A stretch of DNA of 64,000 bases, taken from positions 496,001 to 560,000 of the forward strand of contig CM061253.1 of NCBI GenBank assembly GCA_022605425.2, read 5' to 3'. Position numbers and translations under genes: made by a program. Source of the DNA: Hamiltosporidium tvaerminnensis FI-OER-3-3. Its lineage: Eukaryota; Fungi; Microsporidia. Numbering within the stretch: position 1 is the stretch's first letter; every line of letters starts with the position of its first letter. Below are positions 38,681 through 50,819 of the stretch, one piece after another. A model generated the notes under the pieces. It was not told the origin of the DNA and ran no database searches. It saw only the letters and a program-made list of their open reading frames with translations.

Positions 38681-40149
38681 CAGTAAGTCAAAACAAATCC
38701 AGATACCTATGTATTAATCAAATTTTTCATATATAGAACTTCGTAATTTAAAATGTTTTAAAAAGTAAAATAAGAGTGTATTTTAAGCATACAACTAAGA
38801 TAATTCTATAAAATATCCTCTATATAGAACAAAAAGATTGAATTCTCAAAATTCTATTCAAAAAAGTTTAGATACTTCTATTTAATTCTTAGTATGTCCC
38901 CCACGAGCCCTTAAGACAGATAACCCTCGCTTTTCCTAGACATAGAAAGTTATTACACAGACTCAATAGGAATTCCATTCCAAATTTCGATTATTTTTTG
39001 CATTACCTCATTCAATACTTAAAACTAAAAGTACACGATTTTTTTCACATAAGCCTAAGGATGTTCTATTCGGTTTAAATTATGTGATTGGGTTGGCCCA
39101 TGAAGTATTTCAATACCCTCTCTTTCAAAATATTCCACAAAAACCTTTGATGTATGCTTAGGATCATTACCTTGCGTAAGAATATACTTTATAAACCATA
39201 TTTCTAGCAGATAATTCCATGTGTTTGCAAGAACATAAACGTATTGAAATCGGTCTAGATTAGTATCAATTAAGGTCAAATTTTCAACACCTTGGTATGG
39301 CATACATACCCAAACCATAAGTTTCCTCCAATGTGTCTAATTATTGGGATCATATATTTAGGATTTAGGCGTTATTCTGCTCCCTTCATACATAATGCCT
39401 ACATCTGAATTAAAGAGGTTGAAGTTGCCTGGATCACTAAATATTGTACATTTCAAATCGTATATGAAATCGATAAAAATAATTTTGAAATTTTAAATCC
39501 AGCAACAATATTATTTGATTAAAACAAAAGTTTTTGAGCAGAGGAACGGGAATAGACACCAACCGTATTTAAATTCTTTCTCATAATCTAGACATTAACA
39601 TTATAATTAGATATGCATTAAACTTTTTAATTATTTCTGTTAGACTAATTTTAGGATTTTTTCTTCTAAATTAAGAAATTTAATGGCCATGGTAATATCT
39701 ATAAGATGCGGTCGCCTAGACCCATGTTTAAGATTTGTATCTTTTCCAATTCTATACTTTTTCAAGGCAAAGGGATTTAGACTTAGCTACTCAAACCAAG
39801 TAAGAAATTTTTCATATTGAATAACCTTTTAGGCATAACCCTAGAATAGCATTCTTCTTTCTGGCTGATTGAATATAACTGAATGAAGAGGGATTTAAAA
39901 CTCAAAAGAAATAATTAGCTTATCTATGAAGGAAAATATCTAATGATTTTTAGATGTCTGGATTTATTTTTGACATTTTAAGAAGATATATAGGCCAATA
40001 TATACCTAGATTATAAGCATAATCACTAAAGTACAATACAGATATACCGTATAATAACTCATTTTTTATTACGAAACGATTAAAAATTCCTATTGAAAAT
40101 CTATGAAAATGTAATATTTTTTGATTTTCCGGATTTTTTTAACATATTG
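38681..40149 (-). mobile_element. Decayed Tc1-family (DD34E-like) transposon with IR/DR-type ends
   Basis: Peptides GRP, IFSD..NFNLFNSD, MVWVC, QGNDPKHTSK, PTQSHNLNRIEH and VLRARGGHTK. Ends TA|CAGTAAGTCAAAACAAATCCAG and the reverse complement TA|CAATATGTTAAAAAAATCCGG. Inner motif copy at 39952-39975. Confidence 0.82.
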
Positions 40150-43103
40150 TATGTAAAGTCTAGGTCTTATGTCATCAAAGAAAAAATTATTGGCTTTGGT
40201 CCATGAAACAAATAATAGTATATTTCAAAAAGTATTTTTTATAACTAAAATCCATTGAAAGCTTAATAAGTTCTAAGATTATCAAAGTACATCACAAACT
40301 ATAAGAAAAATTTATAATCAGATAGAATATATCCAAAATAGCTAGTCTCAAAAAAAAATTTAAGGATAAACTATAAATCTCAAATGTTTAATAAAAAGAA
40401 AAATTGTATACATTTCTTATATTATATGGTTTAAGATAGTATTTAAACAGTATTGCACTATTAACTTTCAATTTTCATCATAGGTTTTATATATTACATG
40501 AGAAAAGAAGACGCCTAAATATCAAATAAATTTTCTAAAATATATAAGAATAATAATAATTTTATATGATTGGCTGTGAAAACCAAGAAATACTTGAATT
40601 TAGGAAAGTAATATACTATATTTTACATTTTTAAAAGGATATGATATTTATTTTCGTTCCCATATGGTCGAATTTATCCATATGGAGTGTTTTTGCCCAT
40701 ATACGAAGATTACAATGAAGACAAATGAAAAATATATAATAGGGCAACAATAAAAAAATGTAAAATACACCTGCGAAAGAATGATTTTATATATAGCCTC
40801 CTTAGTCTGTTTTACATATAACTTTCGATATTCAAAGATCTTAGTAATTAAAAACTTCTCAATCAACAGAACTAATTACTATATATGCAACCTACTCTTC
40901 TTTATAGAAGCTATTTGTTTGTTTCTTGGGATCATAAAGTTAAACAAAGAATTTTTGAACTACTACCACGTCTTCTAGATTGAATATGATGCCATGGCAA
41001 TAAACTCCGTATCTTCGACCATTCTTGAAATATACGCATATTTTTGCTCCTCGTAAATCTTAAATGACCAAACACAAAGAATATTGGCTGAAATTTCTAT
41101 CTGCCACTAAATGTTTTTTTTTAGATATATACTATTCAGAATCTAATGATATATTATTGTTTGAGTTTAAAATTTTTCTTGATAGTCGGTTGAATTGATC
41201 CGGAAGGCGATATATTTATATATGTTCGAACTTTAAATACCAGCATTGGGTCATTTTATTGGCCTACTCCATGATGTATAGTATGCAAATATAATATTAT
41301 CAAAATCTTCACTGCAAATTTTCGACATCAGAAAATCTATTCGCAAAAAATTTAAAACTTTTGAGCAAGTTTTTCGATTAACCCTTAGTCATGGGAAAGT
41401 CTTGGTACCCCTTTAAACCCTATCATACGCCTAAAAATATAAATTCTTCTACGATTGAATAGATTCATTCAATCGTTATCGCTTTCCAATTAAGCTGCGT
41501 GCCTTCATATTTAAATATTTTCTTTATTTCCAATAGAAAGTCTGATCGTTTAATTCTTGAATGCAAACGAAACAAGAAGTTTAAAATAAAGTCTAAAACT
41601 TTTACACTTATTCATATCTTATTTTTTTGTATTCCCGATTTCTTTGATCAACACAATATATCTGCATGATGTACCAAGGATGCGGTTAAAATATGAATAT
41701 TATGTAAAAAATAAAAATGAATTGTGGTTATTTTTTGCAATTAAACATTTGTGGTCATGATTGTTTTTCTATCGTCTTTGAATTGTATAAACTATTTTTG
41801 GGGTTTTATAGTCGCATTCATCGTTTGTGGCCAGGTATACGAAGCGTGTCAAATATTGCATGCCTTTTTTCAAAGTTATTTTCAGCAATTGGCTTTTTAT
41901 AATGTTTTCATTTTCGTCATAAAACAATCTTCGCCTTTTAACCTGTAGTTTTGTTTCTGGAGAAATTTTTTTTATTTGAAAAAAACCTAAAAAACGCACT
42001 ATTTTTATTTTTAGGTGAAGTTTTATAATTTTTATATATATCATAATTAATTAAATTCTACGCGAATGAATTATTACCATGTTTCCACTTCGAAAACCAT
42101 TTCAATCAAAAATTTATAAACTCTATTGAAATTCTGCCAACATATAAAGCATCATAGGTTTAGCTATAAAATATCATATTAATTTAAACAAAGGAAGCTT
42201 GAAGAACATTATCTATCTAATCAATCTATGATATGCACTGCATATAGGTTTGAAAGTATTCAAATAAATAAAATACCTCAATTATAGAATTGGTTGTATT
42301 GAGCATTTTGTTTCTAAATTTCGTATGTTATTGATGATTAATTGGGTATATACTTATCTGTGAAAATACTGGCAAATAAACCTCAGCTATCAGCTATCAA
42401 AATGAGATTATAATCAATCATTTTATCGAGAGGATAATGGTTAATGCATATATTAAACTTTTTATTCTGGTTTTGGTCTAAAGTACATTGTATTTTCACC
42501 ACCATAATCATCTCATTTAAACTAGTTAAAATATGGTTAAATTTATATAAAAAATAAATTTAGCATAAATTTCAAATAAAGAAAAATCTAAAATCAATAT
42601 TTTTCTGAATGGAAATTTAATTTCTGAATCTTTAAAAAAATCAGTTGATTTGGAAAGTAAAGATCGCCCTTGTGTTAAAGAAAAATAAATGTGCTAATAA
42701 GAATAAACCAGTGACGCTTTTTATTAAAATTGTATATTTAGTATTGTCAAAAATTATCACTTGAATGTATAATGCAAATGTATAAATACTTACTACAACG
42801 AATATTATTAAAAACATGGCTGAAATACCATATAAAAGGTTTATTGAATATAATAATTTATTACAGAATTTATATTCCTCAAATTTCGACATTACAATTC
42901 TTTCATTTATCTAATTTTATACTTTCGCGAAATATTTTTTTTAAAAAGTATATATCTTCAGAAAAATTTATCTAACTATGACTCAAATCATTGGCAATTT
43001 TATTCAAGCTTCATATTTTCTTACGTTTTTTGCAAGATAAAATATAAATTTAGTTTTAAATTTTATTGAGATTTAGTTTTAAACAAAAATGTTTAAATTA
43101 CGA

Positions 43104-43830
43104 TTTATTTAAAAGTATCACATCTTTTTGAAACAATAGCAAGTGTTATTTTTGTTTTCATGACCGTAACGCATGTCTAGGTTTACACTAAATAACTGCT
43201 ACCCCAACACTCCATCGGTAACCCCTGCGATACCTACGTCCCAAAGCCTTTCATCTATCAGGTGTGTAAAACCTAATTAACTGGCGAACCAGTTACCCGT
43301 AGTATGTTAATCTCGGTGTATGGAGTGTGATTGAAGGCCGAAGTCTGCTCTGGGCTCTCCCAAGACTTTCCAGCATTTCCACTTACTCTATCTATACCGA
43401 ACCCAATAAACTTCTAGCTAAGATATATCTCGAAGACTTACATGGGATCCACCTAGAAAGTGCAATGTTATTTCAACAGGTATAACCCGCTACTTAGCTT
43501 TCCCGGCTTTAAAGGTTGTTATTTTTATATCTCTCGGTCCCTAAGTTTTCTAATCCGAGTAAGCAAGGCTAGGCTTCCATGCTTTTACATGGCAATTACC
43601 TTCAAGTTCAGCAGCGGTCTGCAATCGTTTCACATAAAAAATAACAAACCAAATTTGTAGAAAACATTTTTCCATTTCGAAGACCTTCTCCTTTCCATAC
43701 AATTCCCTTGAAACAACAGAAGATTTGGTGTGGTTTTATTCCCACTAAAATTCCAAAAAATTATCTTCATACCAGTTTCACATGCACATTGCCAAATAGA
43801 AATTTTTTTTATGGTTATCCTCCCACCACC
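43104..43830 (-). mobile_element. ~720-bp structured element, copy 8 (subfamily B)
   Basis: tttatttaaaagtatcacatc ... ggttatcctcccaccacc, i.e. a full reverse-complement copy. Confidence 0.92.
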
Positions 43831-44599
43831 CTGCCATAATTGTATAAATATAGAAAAATTTCGACTAAAGATTAATATAAATGTAGATTTAAGTAAAATT
43901 TTGAAATTAAAGCCAAGAAAAAGACAAATATTTTTCTATATATACGTGACTAAGAAAGCACATGAATATGTGTAATTTTACTGCAATCGGTTGTGACAGT
44001 TCAATGAAGAAATTTAAATTCTCAAGAATAATATTAACCTTAACTTGGGGCACTAAAAAAATGGTTTAATTTTTTTTACGTAGAGAATATCTAATTGTTA
44101 CTCTCTGTCAACAGAATTATAGACAAGAATAGACTTAGAAATCTTAGCTATCATCTTAATGATAGGTGTATAATATATAACCTTTTCATATTGACTTATT
44201 TTCCAAATCTTTTTATATTTTTTGTAAAAATTTTGAAAACATAGTCGAAGATTCATTTGGATCAAAAGAGAGAAAAATTTATTACCTTTTTCACATGAAA
44301 AAAACAAATTTTATTATTTCTTGCTAAATAATATTTTAAGAATTCAAATTAACTCAACGAATGTGGTTTTTCATATGAATAGAGGAGATAGTAGGTGATC
44401 TTAATTAAAAAATGTTCCTTCTTTAAAACACACAACTAAATCTGACAAAAATATTTTTAAAATATTCTTAGTTCTTCTTTCTTTAAATAATACAGTATGT
44501 TCTTCATTGAAAGTGCATGACCAGCTTTTTTTTGAGCTTTTCCTGATATTTTATGTAAATTTAACAATTTAAAAATTTTTCTCTACATTATTAGCCTTT

Positions 44600-44828
44600 C
44601 ATTTATTCATTCTTGGCATGGAAGCCTTGGTTTTCCTCTGTAATACCGCCTACAATCTCTTTCCAATCGGTTCGTTTACTTTTTTGGGTTTCGTAACAAG
44701 ATGGTTTTAAAGAGCGGGTTGTTAGCCCTACGTCCAAACTCCCAACCTGAAGGAACAGTCCCTTTTAGTCGCCCCTTATGACAAGTGGAAAATATTATTA
44801 GCCAAGTCTTCTCCCGACATGGTTGGCA
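44600..44828 (-). mobile_element. ~230-bp RTE-derived non-autonomous retroposon, copy c
   Basis: 13-bp TSD ATTATTAGCCTTT (44587-99, 44829-41). Contains gttgttagccctacgtccaaactcccaacctgaagg and ttttagtcgccccttatgaca. (GAAT)-type tail. Confidence 0.92.
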
Positions 44829-45406
44829 ATTATTAGCCTTTACCTGCGATATTTAAATCTTTTTCAACTTTCTGCTGACTACTTTTGGTGGGAAAGAAAA
44901 CGAAAAAGACTATCTAAACCATACCAACATCAACCCTAAGCCAATATATTATAAACATCTTTTTATGGATATCACAAATATTTGCTTTCTTCTTGGTTTT
45001 TTTAATAGTTTAAACATTTTCAGAAAAGAAATATAAATCGAAGAAAACATAAAATATTCGATTTTATGAATGAAACTTATAAGCAATCTCAATATTTTTT
45101 CAAACAAGTTATAAGTTATAATACACGGCTAATATTCAAAGAAATTTAAACCAAGATACCGAATAAGCATATAAAGACAAATATTTACAACCGGGGTTCT
45201 GTCATCACAACAAACCCGTATCTTGTGTCATGGAAATACAGCCTCAGAAAAGCGTTTGGATTTTTAAAATAAATCTTTATATTTGTACGAATTCTATATT
45301 CCAAAAATAATATAATGAATAACTCAAAATACAACCAATTAATTAAGAATAAAAAAAATTTGAAAGAATGAATTCATAAACGATGGAATTAAAAAAATCA
45401 AATTTT

Positions 45407-45583
45407 TCGTGAAAAAATTTATCAAAAATAAAAATTTAATAATTTCAAAAGTAAAATACTGGCTAATTCAGATGAAAAGTATGAAATCCTGTGGTTTCAT
45501 GAAAAAATTTATCAAAAGTTAAAATTTAATAATTTCAAAAGTAAAATACTGGCTAATTCAAATAAAAAATATTAAAAATCCTG
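45407..45583. repeat. 90-bp tandem duplication downstream of DRG1
   Basis: gaaaaaatttatcaaaa...aaaatttaataatttcaaaagtaaaatactggctaattca at 45411 and 45501. Confidence 0.9.
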
Positions 45584-45634
45584 TAAAAAAATAAATTCAT
45601 TTTAACAAAAAATCCACACCAAAAATATTACTAA

Positions 45635-46738
45635 TCACACACCTTTAACAATTTGAACGACATCGCTATCATTTAAAACATGATCTTTACCCACTCGTTG
45701 AGGATTATGTTTGACAGATGTTCCCCAAACCAATGCATATTTAAATTTACTCATAATTGATTTATGTATCGAATTACAAAAATCTTCTATTTTTTTTCTT
45801 TCTTCTCTTAAGATTACAGGATCTTCATAATCAATAGCCATTCCTCTGGGTTTGGCATACACTCTTATAAGTTTCAAATAATCCCAAGATTTTGATAATA
45901 AATCATCAAAATTCCATCCTAAATGTGCACATACCGGCACACAATTAGGTATTCTATAAATCAAATCCAATTCTTTTATCCCAATACAATCTATCTTATT
46001 CAAGACGTATAAACAAGGAACGTATTTTCTATTTCCATCAACACAATCAATAAATTCATCAACAGAACATTTTTCATTAAAAACTACTTCTGCATTATTT
46101 ATACGGTATTCTGTTAGAATACCTTTAACTATTTCCACTTCAACAGCATCTTCATCTTTACTTTGATTATAATTGTAGATAACTGTTATTCCACCTTTTT
46201 CTTTTTTATTGATTTTGACATTTTTTGGCTTTGTATTTAAACGAATACCGAAATGTTCCAATTCTCTCTCAATTACTTTTTTATGTGTCAATGGTTTGGT
46301 ACAATCCAATACGATAAGTAACAATGAACATGTTTTAGCTACACCAAGCACTTGTCTACCCCTTCCTTTACCTTCCCGAGCACCTTCTATTATTCCTGGA
46401 AGATCAAGAATTTGTATTTTGGCACCTCTATATTTAAGGACACCAGGAACAGTGGTCAACGTAGTAAATTCATAATCGGCTATTGCACTATATGTACCTG
46501 TCAGTTTAGACATGAGTGTGCTTTTACCTACACTTGGAAATCCTATAAATCCTATACGAGCAATTCCTGTCTTGCTCACATCAAAACCCCCTTCAACCGT
46601 AGATTTATTTTGTGGTAGGTTAAGTTGTTCTCTTCTTAATTTAGCCAATCTTGCCTTCAGTAATCCCATGTGATGCGCAGTAGCTTTGTTTTTTTGTGTT
46701 CTTGCTATTTCATTTTCTATTTCTTTAATTCTATCCAT
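45635..46738 (-). CDS. RBG1: Developmentally regulated GTP-binding protein 1 (OBG family, TGS domain)
   Basis: [24 protein letters not shown] (DRG1-type), G1 [29 protein letters not shown], and a TGS tail [13 protein letters not shown]. Confidence 0.95.
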   Translation of the reverse strand: MDRIKEIENEIARTQKNKATAHHMGLLKARLAKLRREQLNLPQNKSTVEGGFDVSKTGIARIGFIGFPSVGKSTLMSKLTGTYSAIADYEFTTLTTVPGVLKYRGAKIQILDLPGIIEGAREGKGRGRQVLGVAKTCSLLLIVLDCTKPLTHKKVIERELEHFGIRLNTKPKNVKINKKEKGGITVIYNYNQSKDEDAVEVEIVKGILTEYRINNAEVVFNEKCSVDEFIDCVDGNRKYVPCLYVLNKIDCIGIKELDLIYRIPNCVPVCAHLGWNFDDLLSKSWDYLKLIRVYAKPRGMAIDYEDPVILREERKKIEDFCNSIHKSIMSKFKYALVWGTSVKHNPQRVGKDHVLNDSDVVQIVKGV

Positions 46739-46782
46739 TTACAGTTAAAAGGGATGTAATTTGATTTTATTTAACGATTGTA

Positions 46783-46946
46783 TTTATAATACAAAGACTG
46801 TGGTTATTTAGATGATTGTAAAATTGTGAAATTTGTTAGAAATTTCTTTAAAATTGTTTATAATACAAAGACGGCGGTTATTTAGATGATTGTAAAATAT
46901 TTAAATTTGTTAGAAATTTCTTTAGAATTGTTTATAATACAAAGAC
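46783..46946. repeat. 74-bp tandem repeat (2.2 units) upstream of DRG1
   Basis: tttataatacaaagac at 46783, 46857 and 46931. Confidence 0.9.
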
Positions 46947-47765
46947 AAAATTTATAAAGTCGAATATAAAGATTCTGATTTAAAAGAAAAAATTAGAAAT
47001 ATTTATTGTTTTAATTATATTAAATATTTAAAATATATGTGAATAAATTTTAGAACCAAAGTCTGATTGCAGTATGGCTGTATATATCTTGATTGGTTTT
47101 TAGAGAGGATTTATGTGTAGATTTGGCTTGTTTCGAGGAAAAATAAAACGAATTTTATTTTCATTTCAAATAATAAGTGAATAAAAATAAAAAAACCAAT
47201 TTAAAATTAAATTCACCGTAGAATTTTATATAAGATAAGTAACTCAAGATAACTTAAAAAATCTAAAATAATTTGAAATATTATAAATCTAATGTGAAGA
47301 TTAATATATTTTGATCGAAGCAAAGGAATTGAGCCTAGACTTATGATGAGAACTTGTAAAAAGTATCTTTTGATGTCATATAAGAAACCTAGAGATATGA
47401 ATAGCCCATATATTTCCTACACATGAATACAATTAGAAAGAACATGTTAAATAAACAAATACTAGAATTAATGAAAGCCAAGCGTGGATAAAATAATCTA
47501 AATCGAAGCAATAACTAAAATATTGAAAATTTAAAACTATAAAAAACGATTAAAACAAAAATAAGAAAAATGTAGAATGAACCATTTAAAACATCCAAAT
47601 ACCCTTATTCAAGTATAAATCTAAATCCTTTGAAATATCAAATATTATTTTTTAATGACTTTTTTTTCAAAAATATAAATTTTTTATTTTCGAGAAAATA
47701 ATCTACAGATAATTTCTTGTTATTTTTAAAAATACGCTACTAGTAAAAACGACCCTCTCAGAAAA

Positions 47766-48926
47766 ATGGATGAAGTACAAATTTGGAAAACAAAAAAAAT
47801 ATTAAAAAATCTAAAAAATGCGCGTGGAAATGGAACGAGCATGATAAGTTTGATAATTCCACCCAAAGAATGTATATCCCGTTCTACTAGATTACTTACC
47901 GACGAATATGGAACTGCTTCAAATATAAAATCGCGTGTAAATAAAAACAGTGTATTGAGTGCCATCGTATCAGCACAGGCAAAATTAAAAACCTACAGTA
48001 AAACACCAACCAATGGATTGGCTATTTATGTAGGTACTGTTGTAGAAGATACTAAAGAAAAGAAAGTAAGTATTGGTATTGAACCTATCAAACCTATAAA
48101 TACTTCTTTATATATGTGTGATTCTAAATTTCATGTTGATGATTTGCTTAGACAATATGAAGATGAAAGTAAATTTGGTATTATTGTTATGGATGGACAC
48201 AGCACATTGTTCAGTACTGTACAAGGAAATGTTAAAACAATTTTACAAGAACTTACAGTTGATCTTCCTAAGAAACATGGAAGGGGTGGTCAATCGAGTG
48301 TAAGATTTGCTCGATTGAGATTAGAAAAGCGGTTAAATTACATTAAAAAAGTAGCTGAGATTATGAATGGTATTTATTTGACAGACAGTAAAATAAATGT
48401 GGAGGGGTTGATTTTAGCAGGCCATTCTGATTTTAAAAATGAATTAAAAACGTGCGATGTTTTGGATCATAAAATACGTGAAAAAATAGTAAAAATTGTA
48501 GATGTGAATTATGGAGGAGAAAATGGGTTAAATCAAGCCATAGAATTGAGTGAAGATGTGCTTAAAGAGTTAAAACTCAGTAAAGAAAAAAATATTCTTA
48601 AAAGATTTTTTGAAGAGATGGCTTTGGACGGGAAATATTGTTACAGTATAAAAGATACTATACAGTGTCTTGAAAGTGGATGTATTGAAACTTTGATTGT
48701 GTGGGAGAATCTTGCAGACAAGAAAGACGAAGAAGATTTTGTAGATTGGATATCAGAGAATTATAAAGAATTTGGATGTGAATTGATATTTGTAACAGAC
48801 AAAAGTGCAGAAGGAACACAATTTGTTGAAGCATTTGGAGGAATCGGCGGTATTCTAAGATATAAAGTAGAAGGAATCAATGATTTCAGTGATTATGAAA
48901 GTATAGATGACAATGAAATTTTCTAA
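47766..48926 (+). CDS. SUP45: Eukaryotic peptide chain release factor 1
   Basis: GTSMISL, TASNIKS, YMCDSKF, GRGGQS, GGIGGILRY. 386 aa with a shortened domain 3. Confidence 0.97.
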   Translation: MDEVQIWKTKKILKNLKNARGNGTSMISLIIPPKECISRSTRLLTDEYGTASNIKSRVNKNSVLSAIVSAQAKLKTYSKTPTNGLAIYVGTVVEDTKEKKVSIGIEPIKPINTSLYMCDSKFHVDDLLRQYEDESKFGIIVMDGHSTLFSTVQGNVKTILQELTVDLPKKHGRGGQSSVRFARLRLEKRLNYIKKVAEIMNGIYLTDSKINVEGLILAGHSDFKNELKTCDVLDHKIREKIVKIVDVNYGGENGLNQAIELSEDVLKELKLSKEKNILKRFFEEMALDGKYCYSIKDTIQCLESGCIETLIVWENLADKKDEEDFVDWISENYKEFGCELIFVTDKSAEGTQFVEAFGGIGGILRYKVEGINDFSDYESIDDNEIF

Positions 48927-49748
48927 AAAAAATCATTGAAAGAATGACTTGGTTTATTTCGTAGTTACTTTTAAGACAAATTAAATTCCGAATTTCTATT
49001 AAATAAATTAAAAAATATTTTTTAGTTGAGAGAAATATACTTTTAAGCTTAAAAAAGTTTTAATTCAGACTTTTCCTTTGAAGAACCTTTTTATGGTTTT
49101 CTGATTATTTCTTCTTGGATTAAACAATGCAATTCGAATAAAAGTTTTTCTCTTTTACATATTTTCATGTGGTTTTCGCAAATATATTTTAAAGTTAAGC
49201 TTTGCATTTTTTTATAAAAATATAAAATTCTTGGTAGAATTAAAAATTGTGAGTGTTTTAGTTGCATTTAAAAACCCTTTTGTAAATTTTTAAGTGAGAA
49301 TAGTCGTCTAGTTATACTCGGAAGTCATTGTGCATAAATTATGTGCCTTCGCTTTATGATTTTTTTTGCCAAAACAGGATATTATTTATCATTTTTCGGC
49401 GCTTCTGTATATTTCTTTTAAGGTTTTATATTAATAAGCATACTGCTTTTACTGATTTTCGGAATGATTTTTTTTGTGATTCTCATAATTATATATTGTC
49501 CACCACAGGCTTGTATCTTTGTAACGATAAAAAAATCAATTTTTATTTTTTTGGTGTTTATCAATTGTCTTTTATGCCAAAAAACCATTTGAAATATCAA
49601 AAATATGCATTAGAAACATGATTATAATTTTTAAACAACCGAAAATTAGATAAAAATTCAATTATATGAATTTTCTTTAGAAATTAACAATTTTTCTGAA
49701 TTTGAAGATTTTTAATTTCAAAGTTTATCAAAATATTAAAACAAGTTT

Positions 49749-50819
49749 GGAGCAAGGGCTCCTTTTATAGTTCTAAATTTCCTTTAAAAGCATTAATTTA
49801 AGACCAATGTCATTAAATTTATATTTATAGCATTACAATCCTAACTTACTAACATTTTACAACACTAACCAATAAATTAAATACAAATTTAATGATAAAT
49901 CTAAGAAAAGAATATTTTTAAACGCTTTATTAAGAGCTAAACAATCTTGACATTAGTTACACCTAATAATTCAGTTTCTTTTTTTTCCAACAGCAAATTT
50001 TAAAGGTAACCGAATTTTTTCTTAAATTTTCTATCGTTTGGAATGAAATTCTTAAGCGGTGACCGATTTGCCTCAATCGTGTTGGTATGAACAGCTGAGA
50101 TAGAATCAATAAATCCGCGCGAGTGATTTACTGTTTTGTGATCAAGATATTTTTTCGAATCCTTATAACTCTTTCAACAGTCGTATAGATTATACTATTG
50201 AATTTACAAGTTGTAATATTATGCGGTAAGTGTTTCTTTAGTTCTACCAGAGATGGGTATCAACATTATCTATCTTACGAGCTGGTGTTCCTTCAACCAA
50301 TCTTAAAACCCAAATACATACAACTCTATGCCCCCTGTTGTACTTTAGTTTACCAAATTTGCATTCGTCAAATTAAACGCTGATCTCATTACCTCCAATA
50401 TAGTCATTGGTTGCAATCAAATTATTTTTGGGTTTATCATTCATTTGATTAACTTATGACTTTAATCCCTCTTTAGTATATTCCTATCAGAACATATTGT
50501 TCACATTTGTGTGTTATTAACTAAACCACAATTGTTTTATAAAAGATTTCAGGACTTTTTTTATACTTCTCAAGCAATGTACCTTTAAAACCAGAAACTT
50601 TCTTTTTATATGTAGACCATGTACAAATCAAAGTGAATGATGATTTTGGCACGAAGCTTGTTAAAGAAATACAAGCACTGCGTTTTGGGGCTAAAACAGT
50701 TAATATATGTAATTTAAGCCAATTACTAAATTCATTGAAACTAAAACTCATTTAAAATGGCAAAAAATTAAAAAATTTCTGAAGCAGGGTGAAATGTACT
50801 ATAAAGGTACCTTTCGCCT
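49749..50819 (-). mobile_element. Decayed Merlin (IS1016/ISXO2-like) DNA transposon
   Basis: Minus-strand peptides GGNEISV*FDECKFGKLKYNRGHRVD and HKTVNHSRGFIDSISAVHTNTIE. Imperfect TIRs GGAGCAAGGGCTCCTTTTATAGT / AGGCGAAAGGTACCTTTATAGT. 9-bp TSD AACAAGTTT (49740-48, 50820-28). Confidence 0.88.

Noticed and set aside
40950-41950. Possible decayed hAT-like transposase on the minus strand
   Set aside because: Weak motif resemblance only; no TIR or TSD found.
46209-46618. Short ORFs antisense to or nested in core genes (also 16567, 16891, 26735-27803, 47726, 48118)
   Set aside because: They are shadow ORFs of the real genes.
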